A stretch of 54,459 nucleotides of DNA from Acidobacteriota bacterium (GTDB lineage: Bacteria; Acidobacteriota; Terriglobia; 2-12-FULL-54-10): positions 1 to 54,459 of the forward strand of contig JADFGZ010000001.1 of NCBI GenBank assembly GCA_022567475.1. Direction: 5' to 3'. Under the pieces are notes generated by a model. That model did not search any database. It had not been told where the DNA came from and saw nothing but the letters and a program-made list of their open reading frames with translations. The position numbers were made by a program, and so were the translations under genes. This document shows, in pieces, positions 28,552 to 37,179 of this stretch; position 1 is the stretch's first letter; each line of letters starts with the position of its first letter.

Positions 28552-30183
28552 CTACCAAGTGCGATCAATCCCGACCACTTCCACACGATCGGGCTTTTTG
28601 CGAAGATAAACCGTTACCGTTTTTTTTGGGTCGCTGCCATGAATCTCGGCGGCGAAATAATCGCCAGGCGCTAATTCCAGAAGTTGTTTTGGCAGGCGAA
28701 AGGTTGTTTCGCCTGCAATTCGCGTCTTTCGTTCCGTATCATTATCGAACCGCGACCAGTGGACAGCGTAATTCCTCGAGGAAATCAGACGGTGCTTGAC
28801 GGCAAGGTCTTCAAACTTCAGTAGATCGCCCGTGACCTGAAAGTGATCCAGAGGCAAGACCTTTTGAAAGTACGTCCTCCCGATCTTGTCTCTACGGGCA
28901 ATGAGGTGGGATGTGAGCCCATCCTCGGCAGCCGGGTCACTGTAGTCGGCCGTCCGGACAAGGGCCCGAATCTGCCCGTCCGTAAAAGCCATCACCTGCT
29001 TGGCTGCCCAGAACGTGTCGCCGGGCAGCCGGTTTTCAAAAGCGGGAATCGGGTAGTTGGTCTTCCATCTTTCTGGCTCGAAAAGCTGCGATTCGAAGTT
29101 ACCCACCGACGAGAGCCTGGGATAGTGCGCCCTGGCCCAGCGCGGCACATAGAAGCCGAGGGTGAAAGCCTGTAGGGTGGCCGCCTTCCAGGCAAATAGA
29201 TACTCATTGCCCGCCCGAGGACTTTTCGCCGTGAAACTGTCGCTGCCCAGGCTCGCGCCAAAATCGATCAGATAGTGCTTGATATAGCGGACCCCGTTCT
29301 CTTCCACTAATGTGTCGAGCGAGTTGAGCGACTTTGCGTCATTATGGCCCAGCCAGGCAAAGAAAACAAACAGGCCTCGCAGGTCGCGGCGATGCTCGTG
29401 CGGCACTATATCGTTCGGATCGTCACTTCGCGTGCCGTAGTAGCGGAAAGGTCCCAGGATCTTGCCGCTCAGATACAGGCTGGCCACCGCACGGTATCCC
29501 TTATCAGTGTCGCGCGGCACACGCAGAAGAATTTCCCCGATATCCCGGTCGTTCATCTTCCGGTGTTTGCCGTCCGCATCCGTGAGGGTAGCATCGGGCG
29601 CCACTACAAGCTGTTGCCGCTTGAAATACACGACGTAGTTCTCCGGCACATGATAGCCAAGAGCATAAAAGAATTTGGAGGCCATGACATCCGCCGCGGA
29701 CGCCATTTCGGGATAGGTAAGGGGATCGAACTTCAGAATATACCGGCGGCCACGCGCATCCTCGATCGTGAATCCCGGCGTCACTCCTTCCGTTTTCGCC
29801 GCTACCACCTTCCAGAGTCCTTCTCGGCTGGGCGGGTTTTCGTTTCCCGGACCCCGCACCAGCTCTTCGACCGTCATTGGGTGGTGGTAGTGTCGGTTCG
29901 TGTACCAACCGCTGTCGGGAACCTCCCCCAGTGTGTTGATCGCCTGCGCCGGAATGATTTGATTCCTTGTGTGCCGTTCGCCGGGTTCGAATAGTGTGTG
30001 ATGAAAGAAATCGTAGTAGTCGCTCAGCTTGCGGCTCAACACATTTTCTACGTTCATCGGGGGCGGCACTTTTGTGATGGGATCGTCCTCGTAAAACTTT
30101 TGCGCGCTGAGGTTCAGTGGCAGCAGCAAAACTAGCAGTGCGATTCTCACAAATCTGCCGTTCCGAACAATTACTGCCGTCAT
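28552..30183 (-). CDS. Signal-peptide-bearing protein-kinase-like (PKL/PI3-4K-like) fold protein, paralogue 1
   Basis: Signal-like 'FVRIALLVLLLPLNLSAQ'. 'RRYILKFD', 'AWLGHNDAKSLNSLD' (H-x-D-x-K-x-x-N, same spacing as HRDLKPEN), 'HYLIDFGASLGS' (DFG). Tandem paralogue of 26868-28526. Confidence 0.75.
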   Translation of the reverse strand: MTAVIVRNGRFVRIALLVLLLPLNLSAQKFYEDDPITKVPPPMNVENVLSRKLSDYYDFFHHTLFEPGERHTRNQIIPAQAINTLGEVPDSGWYTNRHYHHPMTVEELVRGPGNENPPSREGLWKVVAAKTEGVTPGFTIEDARGRRYILKFDPLTYPEMASAADVMASKFFYALGYHVPENYVVYFKRQQLVVAPDATLTDADGKHRKMNDRDIGEILLRVPRDTDKGYRAVASLYLSGKILGPFRYYGTRSDDPNDIVPHEHRRDLRGLFVFFAWLGHNDAKSLNSLDTLVEENGVRYIKHYLIDFGASLGSDSFTAKSPRAGNEYLFAWKAATLQAFTLGFYVPRWARAHYPRLSSVGNFESQLFEPERWKTNYPIPAFENRLPGDTFWAAKQVMAFTDGQIRALVRTADYSDPAAEDGLTSHLIARRDKIGRTYFQKVLPLDHFQVTGDLLKFEDLAVKHRLISSRNYAVHWSRFDNDTERKTRIAGETTFRLPKQLLELAPGDYFAAEIHGSDPKKTVTVYLRKKPDRVEVVGIDRTW

Positions 30184-30197
30184 GATGACATCGTTCC

Positions 30198-31499
30198 TTA
30201 GAAAACTGACTGCGTGCCTGGGGTCCCCACGGAGCCTTCGCTGAAAATGTTATTGAACTTGACCCAAACCTGGAAACCCTCGTGGCTGAAGCCCACATCC
30301 AGCCGCAAGAACACGTTGTTGCGTACGTTGAATCGCAACCCGAACCCAACTGATCCTTCCATATCCTTAAAGTTCCATTGAGATCGTTTGGAAAAAACCT
30401 TCCCGGCATCCACAAACAGAGCCATATCCAGGCCGCTGAAGGTTTCCCAGCGATATTCGGCGTTGACCACAATCAGGTTGTCATCGTAGAAGCGAAAGGG
30501 GCGGAAGCCGCGCAGATCGTCCGATCCCCCCAGGACCGGCTGGAGATAGAAGGGCACTTTCTGGCCCTCATCTGTAAAGGTCAGGATCGATTTCCCGCGC
30601 AGAGCGATCACTCTGCGCTTGTTGAAAAAAGGGATGTATTGCTGGAAGTGCAACTCCAGGCGCTCGAAATCGTGCTGGCCAAGCGTCCGGTCAAGGTAAC
30701 GGCTGTATTGAACGATGTAGTTGCCGCCGCTCCGGGGCCCGCCCGGATTGTCGCGGGTATCGTATTGGGCGAACGCTCCATGGCGCAGGAAGTCGGCCTG
30801 CCGGTCGATTCCCGGCGTCTCCGCCGGAGGGAAGACCTGATCTGCGGAGACAAACCTGGAGTCTGTTCCGGGTCCGACATTGAGGAGCGTGTATCCTGCG
30901 GTTGCCCCGATTCGCAGGTCACGGGCGGGTTTTACGCCGAAAGTAGCATCGAAAGCTGTGTCCTCCAAGCGGAAGTTGCTTCTGGAATTCTTTTGGGAAT
31001 CGGGACCCGGCCCGTAGTAATTAATTCCGGGGTAGTTGCGATGAGCCGAGTAGAGGTCCAGAAATAAATGATCGGCGGCGAAGCTGGGCAGGCTGAACTG
31101 CAAATCGAACTTCCGGTACCCTTTGAAGGATGACTGGGCTGCGCCGCGAAATATGATTTCGCCGCGTGCCAGGTCGCTCCGCAAGTATTCGGGCCCCAGC
31201 GCAAAACCGGAGCCGCTCACCAAGCCGCCCAGCTTCAGGCGGAAGCCCGCGACCCCGGCGCTGATACGTTCCAGCAGCTTGGCATCTTTGAAATGGATAA
31301 GAGCCCGTTCGGTCCCGCTCATTTCATCGGGTTCAAGACTTTGGGCTTTTCGAGCGCGGGCGGCCTGGATTTCCCCGGCCCGGGAATCCACCTGCGCCGG
31401 CAGAAGCGGGCAAAGCAACAGAAGCGGCGCAATCCAGAACGCAATCTTCAGCACGCGACAAATCCTCTTGGACGTAGATGAGCCCCACATCAGATACAC
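30198..31499 (-). CDS. Omp85/surface-antigen (D15)-type outer-membrane beta-barrel protein
   Basis: Signal-like 'IAFWIAPLLLLCPLLPAQ'. Alternating beta-strand pattern. 'VVNAEYRWETFSGLDMALFVDAGKVF' and 'GFGLRFNVRNNVFLRLDVGFS' resemble Bac_surface_Ag barrels. Terminal residue is Phe. Confidence 0.7.
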   Translation of the reverse strand: MYLMWGSSTSKRICRVLKIAFWIAPLLLLCPLLPAQVDSRAGEIQAARARKAQSLEPDEMSGTERALIHFKDAKLLERISAGVAGFRLKLGGLVSGSGFALGPEYLRSDLARGEIIFRGAAQSSFKGYRKFDLQFSLPSFAADHLFLDLYSAHRNYPGINYYGPGPDSQKNSRSNFRLEDTAFDATFGVKPARDLRIGATAGYTLLNVGPGTDSRFVSADQVFPPAETPGIDRQADFLRHGAFAQYDTRDNPGGPRSGGNYIVQYSRYLDRTLGQHDFERLELHFQQYIPFFNKRRVIALRGKSILTFTDEGQKVPFYLQPVLGGSDDLRGFRPFRFYDDNLIVVNAEYRWETFSGLDMALFVDAGKVFSKRSQWNFKDMEGSVGFGLRFNVRNNVFLRLDVGFSHEGFQVWVKFNNIFSEGSVGTPGTQSVF

Positions 31500-31667
31500 T
31501 CTCCAGCTTCTTCGCTTGCTTCCCGGAGCCTGCTTCGCTCATCTAATAAGTATAATATAAGACGATCGAATGCACGTACGGTTACAGGTTTTTGTGCTGG
31601 CGCATCCCCTGTTGCATTCTGGAAGGTTTAGGATGGATCCGCCCAAGGACAATATTTTAGATATTCT

Positions 31668-33032
31668 GTGCAGGCGAGAGTGATGGTCAACCCACTCCAG
31701 AACGTCATGGACATCCGCAAGGAGGAACTGCCGCTCTCCTTGCTGATGTTCAGCTATTTTTTCTTGGTCATTACCAGCTTCTGGATCCTGAAACCGATCA
31801 AAAAGTCGCTGTTCATCGAATTTTACGATGCCTCGGGATTTGATCTTTTCTCCTGGCACATGCAGGCTTCTCAAGCGGAACTCTTGGCGAAAGTGCTGAA
31901 CATGGTGGTGGCTTTTGTCGCCGTAGTCGTCTTTACATGGCTGGCGCGGCGGTTTCGCCGCCAGCAGTTGAGCGTGATTTTTACAGGCTTCTTCATGGCC
32001 TGCTTTGTCGCCTACACGTTCGTAATCAACACTCCCGGCGATTTCACAGCCTGGACGTTTTACCTTTTCGGGGACCTCTACAGCACGTTGATGGTGGCGA
32101 CATTTTTCGCGTTTCTGAATGATAGTGTCACCCCCGATAAGGCCAAACGGCTTTATGGTCTGGTCGGCCTCGGCGGAGTGACTGGGGGCGCATTCGGATC
32201 CACCTTCGTTGCTGTCTGGGTTGACGATCTCGACACATCCTCCTGGTTGTGGATTTGTTTTGGAATCGCGTTTGCGATTGGAGTTGTAGCGCTGGCAGCC
32301 GGCAGGCTTGTGGATCGAAATCCCCCAGTGGAGGAAACGGAAAAACCCACACCGGATACCGCTCCAGAAGGAAAGAGCAATCCGGCGCTGGAAGGAGCCC
32401 GCTTGGTAATGCGCTCGCCTTACCTGCTGGCGATACTAGGCATCGTGGGGCTCTATGAAATCGTTTCTACTATTATGGATTTCCAGTTTACGAGTACGAT
32501 TGCCCATTACCTGGAGCCACCGGAAATCGGCCAGCAATTTTCAAGGATTTTTGCCATTACCAACATCGTTGCGATGCTCGTTCAGATCTTTCTAACCAGC
32601 CTTGTCATGACCCGGTTCGGATTGACTGTTGCTCTGTTGGTCCTGCCGCTGGCCGTCCTGGTTGGTTCCGGGGGCTTCCTGGCCGTGCCCATTCTGTGGG
32701 TTGGCAGTTTCCTAAACACTGCCGACAATGGCTTCAGCTACTCGATCAACCAGTCCGCGAAGGAGGCACTGTACGTACCTAGGACACGGGATGAAAAGTA
32801 TAAGGCGAAGGCATTCATCGACATGTTTGTGCAGCGGTTCGCCAAGGCTTTGGCCGTGGGGGTAAGCCTTGGTATCACAGCCATCTTTAGCGACTTTTCC
32901 ACCATCCGGTGGTTGTCCGTCTTTACCGTTGTCGTTGTCGTGGTATGGATTTATGCGGCCCGTTACGCGGGACGCCACTTCCAGAAAATGACACAGTCGA
33001 AGGTCGGTTCCGCAACCGAGGTCGCCGTCTGA
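31668..33032 (+). CDS. Npt1/TLC-family (ATP/ADP-translocase-like) MFS transporter
   Basis: 'LPLSLLMFSYFFLVITSFWILKPIKKSLF' and 'ATFFAFLNDSVTPDKAKRLYGLVGLGGVTGGAFGS' match hallmark TLC motifs (compare F-W-x-F-A-N-E...A-K-R-F-Y in Rickettsia/Chlamydia translocases). About 11-12 TM segments. Alternative start ATG 31683. Confidence 0.75.
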   Translation: MQARVMVNPLQNVMDIRKEELPLSLLMFSYFFLVITSFWILKPIKKSLFIEFYDASGFDLFSWHMQASQAELLAKVLNMVVAFVAVVVFTWLARRFRRQQLSVIFTGFFMACFVAYTFVINTPGDFTAWTFYLFGDLYSTLMVATFFAFLNDSVTPDKAKRLYGLVGLGGVTGGAFGSTFVAVWVDDLDTSSWLWICFGIAFAIGVVALAAGRLVDRNPPVEETEKPTPDTAPEGKSNPALEGARLVMRSPYLLAILGIVGLYEIVSTIMDFQFTSTIAHYLEPPEIGQQFSRIFAITNIVAMLVQIFLTSLVMTRFGLTVALLVLPLAVLVGSGGFLAVPILWVGSFLNTADNGFSYSINQSAKEALYVPRTRDEKYKAKAFIDMFVQRFAKALAVGVSLGITAIFSDFSTIRWLSVFTVVVVVVWIYAARYAGRHFQKMTQSKVGSATEVAV

Positions 33033-33330
33033 CCTATATTGACCCGTTTGCCGGGAAATCTCGGGCCGGGCGAAAGTCCTCCAGGCGATTTTACTGTTCT
33101 TCCTGCCGGGCGGTTGGCACCTTTTCTCAATCTTTTGCCCTCCGTGCTTTGCCGCGTTGGCGTCGAGCACTTCCGGAAGTAGTTAGGTTAAAAATAACTC
33201 GCGACGGGCACGCGGCTGCTTCGGGATACTGGTGCCGTCCCAGCCTTTTCTTGCCCGTTGTCTCAAGCAGCGGGGGCTTGCAGAACTGGCTTTATTCCTA
33301 TATGACGGTATTGTGGAGGGAGGAGAATCC

Positions 33331-34767
33331 ATGAGGCGCAAGAAATATCTGTTTGTCTTCGTCCTGACGCTGGTTGTCTGTCTGCTGGCGGGCCGTGGCC
33401 TTCCAGCGCAATCGCCGTCAAAGGAAGAACCCGCGAGTGATCTGAGGAAGTTGAGCATCTCGCTCCAGGCCTTGTCGGAACGGGTGAGCCCGGCGGTGGT
33501 GCAGATTTTCACGACGGGCTTTGCCCCAGTCCAGGATGTTGTGGGGGCCAGCACAGGGCTGGTTTCCAGCCAACGTAGCGGCGGCTCCGGGGTCCTGGTT
33601 GACCCGGAGGGTTATATCGTAACCAACGCCCATGTAGTCGAAGGTGCCCGGCGGGTCCAAGTCTTGCTGGCAGTGCCACCTGATGAGAGAGCCCAGTGGC
33701 GCTCCATTCTAAAGCCCCGCGGGAAGACCGTTTCTGCCAGAATCGTAGGAATCGATCGAGAGACCGATCTCGCCGTATTGAAGGTTGAACAAAAGGGACT
33801 GGCATGGCTCGAACTGGGGGATTCCGACCGGGTACGGCAGGGCCAGTTGGTGCTGGCGTTCGGCAGTCCTCTCGGGTTGGAGAATTCGGTGAGCTTGGGC
33901 GTGGTGAGCTCCGTGGCACGCCAACTGGGCCCCGAGGATCCCATGATCTATATCCAAACGGATGCCACCATCAACCCGGGAAACAGCGGCGGCCCGCTGG
34001 TGGACACCGAGGGCCGCGTGGTTGGGATTAACACATTCATCGTGTCGCAGTCCGGCGGCAGTGAAGGAATTGGCTTCGCAGCCCCCAGCAATATTGTCCG
34101 GAACGTTTTTAGGCAGATCCGCAGGACCGGCCGGGTCCGCCGCGGCCAGATCGGGGTGGCGACCCAAAGCGTGACGCCAACGCTCGCAGCCGGGTTGGGA
34201 CTCACTCAGGATTGGGGTGTGGTCGTCGGAGATGTGTTTCCCGGCGGACCGGCCGAAGCGGCGGGAATCGAGATCGCAGACCTGATCCTGACTCTGGATG
34301 GCAAAGTCATGGAGAATGCGCGTCAGTTTGATGTCAATCTCTACCAGCGTTCCATTGGCGATGCGGTGACCCTGGAGGTGCTCCGCGGTTCGCAGAAGCT
34401 CACGAAGATCGTTTCGTTATGGGAGCGTGCCAACGACCCTGACCTTTTTGCGAACCTGGTCAGCCGCGAGACAAACCTCATTTCAAGGCTTGGCATTCTG
34501 GGCGCCGAGTTGGACGACCGGATCACCAAAATGCTCCCGCCGCTGCGGGAACCCTCCGGCATTCTGGTTGCAGCCCGCGCGGCGGAAGCCCCCTCTCGGG
34601 GCGAAGGATTTCTGCCAGGTGACGTGATCCATTCGATCAACGGGGCGCCGATCCGGGACCTCGCCGGACTCCGAGCCACAGTGGGCAGCCTCAAGGTCGG
34701 TGACCCGGTAGTTATCCAAATCGAGCGGTTTGGTCAATTCCTGTTCCTTGCCTTCGAGATCGAATAG
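33331..34767 (+). CDS. htrA: Periplasmic serine endoprotease HtrA/DegP/DegQ family with two PDZ domains
   Basis: ATG 33331 after GGAGGGAGGAG. Signal 'LFVFVLTLVVCLLAGRGLPAQ'. Triad 'TNAHVV', 'DLAVLKV', 'GNSGGPLVD'. Two PDZ-like segments. Confidence 0.9.
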   Translation: MRRKKYLFVFVLTLVVCLLAGRGLPAQSPSKEEPASDLRKLSISLQALSERVSPAVVQIFTTGFAPVQDVVGASTGLVSSQRSGGSGVLVDPEGYIVTNAHVVEGARRVQVLLAVPPDERAQWRSILKPRGKTVSARIVGIDRETDLAVLKVEQKGLAWLELGDSDRVRQGQLVLAFGSPLGLENSVSLGVVSSVARQLGPEDPMIYIQTDATINPGNSGGPLVDTEGRVVGINTFIVSQSGGSEGIGFAAPSNIVRNVFRQIRRTGRVRRGQIGVATQSVTPTLAAGLGLTQDWGVVVGDVFPGGPAEAAGIEIADLILTLDGKVMENARQFDVNLYQRSIGDAVTLEVLRGSQKLTKIVSLWERANDPDLFANLVSRETNLISRLGILGAELDDRITKMLPPLREPSGILVAARAAEAPSRGEGFLPGDVIHSINGAPIRDLAGLRATVGSLKVGDPVVIQIERFGQFLFLAFEIE

Positions 34768-34804
34768 GAATCGGATAGCCTGAGGTAACAGCCGATCAAA
34801 TATC

Positions 34805-37171
34805 TCACGCGATTCCACTCGACTTCCGGCTGTTTTCAAATTGCTTTCTGATCTCGGTGAGGTTCAGTTCAATGGACTGGTGGGAGCGCATCAGGGTAGC
34901 CAGGATTTCTTCGCGGGAGCGTGCTTCCCGCTTTTTCTTGCGGCGGTCTTCCAGAAAGGGCCACAGCCGCTCGCGGATCGGCGGAGGCAGGATGCTTTCC
35001 ATGTATTCCAGAGCCGTGCCCCGGAGGTGCTCGTCGTTGGTGTGCAATCCCCGAAAGGCGATTTGGAGGGGCTCTTTGGGCAGAACCAGCGAGAGCATCG
35101 TGAACACGTGTTCCAGGCTCCGATTCGCCCGGTCCCGCAGGAAGTCGTCGATAAAAGGCGAATCCTCCAGACCCTCCTCCGGGTCCAGGAGCCGGTGGGT
35201 TCCCCAGACCTTCTTGCCGACGGTTACTTCCCGCTGCACGGCCTCGAAGACCGGCTCCGGGTCGATGTGGATTTCTGGGTTTCTGTCCCGAATCGATGCC
35301 AGCGCGCAGCCGCATTGAAAGCGGACCTCAAAACGCTTGTCGGCCAGACCCAGCAAGAGCCCGTCGGCAGCCCGCTGGGAGGCGGTGAAAGAAAGCACCT
35401 TCGGGATGCGCCGGCGAATGGCGAATTCCTGGCCCGGGTCGAGCAACGCGTCCACCAACTGCCCCGTCATATGGGGGGCTGCCTGGCGCAGAGCCAGCAA
35501 GGCGTCGCCGGAGACCTCATTCCACGCGAGCAGAGGAATGACGTGTGGAAACAGAAGCGGGTCGGAAATTTCCTCCCGCAGGGCCTCCCGGACGCGGCCA
35601 GGATTTCCGGAACGGAAAGCTGAAATTTTCTCCAAAACCGGGTCCTGGGAACCCGGAGCCACTGTGGGCTGCTTTCCCTGTGGAACGTCGCGTGGCATGC
35701 CGGGGGAGGGCAACTCCGAAGCTGACTTCTGGACCAAGAGGTTCTTGCGTTGTGATTGCTCGCCGGAAGCGCGCTGCAAAGAAAGAGGCACCAGGGGGTC
35801 GCTGCTCAGATGCAGGGCTCCGAGAGTCTGCAAAATTGTGGAGCGGGTGGTGCTGTCCTGTACATCTGAAATGTCCAGCTCGACCGCCCGGTTCAGCAAA
35901 TTCTTCTCGAGCGAGGCGATGTAGCCACGGTTCAAACGGCTGGCCACCAGGAGTCCCAAGAACGCCAGGACAATCGACAGGGTCAGGATGGCGGAGTGCG
36001 CTGCGGCCGGTCCCAGCAGCAGCATCAACCGGATGATGCCGCCGCCGAGAGCGTCTCCCAGGCGGTCAAATCCCACATCGACCATGGTTTTGGTTGCGCG
36101 CTTTTCCTGGGCGGGGATCGGCGTATAGAGAATTTCGTACCCGGAACGGAAAAGGGAGCTGCGAACCACCGACTCCGCGCCCCGGGCGATCCCGGCGCTG
36201 ACGAGACCCGGCGCAAGCAGCGCTCCCACGCCTCCGGCAGCCACGATGAGGGGAAGCGTCCCCACTGTTTTCGCGAGGCCCAGCTTTTCCAGCGCGCGGC
36301 GGCTGAGCGAGGTTTGAATGAAGAAGGTGAGCAGGCTGGCGGCGCTGTAGAAGACGGCAAAGAAGCGCATCAGGCTCTCCCCGCCTCCAAAGGTTGCGGC
36401 GGCTTGAGCCTTGAAGACATAGTCAATGCCGGCGCTGCTCACCGTCGCCAGCAGAACCAGCACGGCCAGGTTGCGCAGGTAAGGAGCTTCCCTGAGGATA
36501 TGGAAGACCGAGCGGCCGGGTTCCGGGGCGGAGTCGCCGCTCGAATCTTTTTTCCCCGCCGTCGGCTTTCCTGCCAGCTTCCCCGCCAGCGGGCCTGCCA
36601 CGGCTTGCAGCGGCCTCAGCTTGAGGACCGCCCAGGCGCAAAACAGATGCAGGGCGGCCATCATGGGAAGCATGGCCGCCACCGACAGGGTCGCCCCCAC
36701 GCGTTCGGCCAGAAGGCCGCCGGCGAGTCCTCCGAGAGTGGCTCCGGCGGCAATCTTTCCGATTCGTTTCTTGGCCGTCCGGGGATCGAACCGCTCGTTC
36801 ACCATCGACCAGAACCCCGAGATCAGGACAGCGCCGAGGCCGGCCATGTGGAGATAGACCACAACCGCCCCTGCTCGCGGACTTTGGTGCACCAGTCCCC
36901 ACTCGCCCAGCAGCAACAATCCGCTGACCGCAAAAGCGCCGGGAACCAGCTTGGCCGGGGTGAGCGCGGGCATGGCGCGGGAGGCCGCGAGCACCACGAC
37001 GATAGAGAACAAGGATGCCCCGATCAGCATCAGGGGCAGGGAGGTCACGTCAAAATTGGAAAGGAAGAGAGCGTCGCGGGTCGCCTTCCCTCCCACTTGG
37101 TGGGCGATCATGGCGGCAGCGCTCAGCATGGCGGCGGAGGCAGCCGCATCGGTTTCCGAGCGCCGGGACAT
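34805..37171 (-). CDS. Npt1/TLC-like MFS transporter fused to a C-terminal HEAT-repeat domain
   Basis: Preferred start ATG 37171 ('MSRRSETDAAAS...') after AAGGGAGA, 9 nt after the kinase stop. 'ATRDALFLSNFDVTSLPLM' and 'GFWSMVNERFDPRTAKKRIGKIAAGATLGG' match TLC motifs. The C-terminal ~300 aa show HEAT-like helical repeats ('LLGLADKRFEVRFQCGCALA', 'HLRGTALEYMESILPPPIRERL'). Confidence 0.75.
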   Translation of the reverse strand: MSRRSETDAAASAAMLSAAAMIAHQVGGKATRDALFLSNFDVTSLPLMLIGASLFSIVVVLAASRAMPALTPAKLVPGAFAVSGLLLLGEWGLVHQSPRAGAVVVYLHMAGLGAVLISGFWSMVNERFDPRTAKKRIGKIAAGATLGGLAGGLLAERVGATLSVAAMLPMMAALHLFCAWAVLKLRPLQAVAGPLAGKLAGKPTAGKKDSSGDSAPEPGRSVFHILREAPYLRNLAVLVLLATVSSAGIDYVFKAQAAATFGGGESLMRFFAVFYSAASLLTFFIQTSLSRRALEKLGLAKTVGTLPLIVAAGGVGALLAPGLVSAGIARGAESVVRSSLFRSGYEILYTPIPAQEKRATKTMVDVGFDRLGDALGGGIIRLMLLLGPAAAHSAILTLSIVLAFLGLLVASRLNRGYIASLEKNLLNRAVELDISDVQDSTTRSTILQTLGALHLSSDPLVPLSLQRASGEQSQRKNLLVQKSASELPSPGMPRDVPQGKQPTVAPGSQDPVLEKISAFRSGNPGRVREALREEISDPLLFPHVIPLLAWNEVSGDALLALRQAAPHMTGQLVDALLDPGQEFAIRRRIPKVLSFTASQRAADGLLLGLADKRFEVRFQCGCALASIRDRNPEIHIDPEPVFEAVQREVTVGKKVWGTHRLLDPEEGLEDSPFIDDFLRDRANRSLEHVFTMLSLVLPKEPLQIAFRGLHTNDEHLRGTALEYMESILPPPIRERLWPFLEDRRKKKREARSREEILATLMRSHQSIELNLTEIRKQFENSRKSSGIA

Positions 37172-37179
37172 CACTCTGG

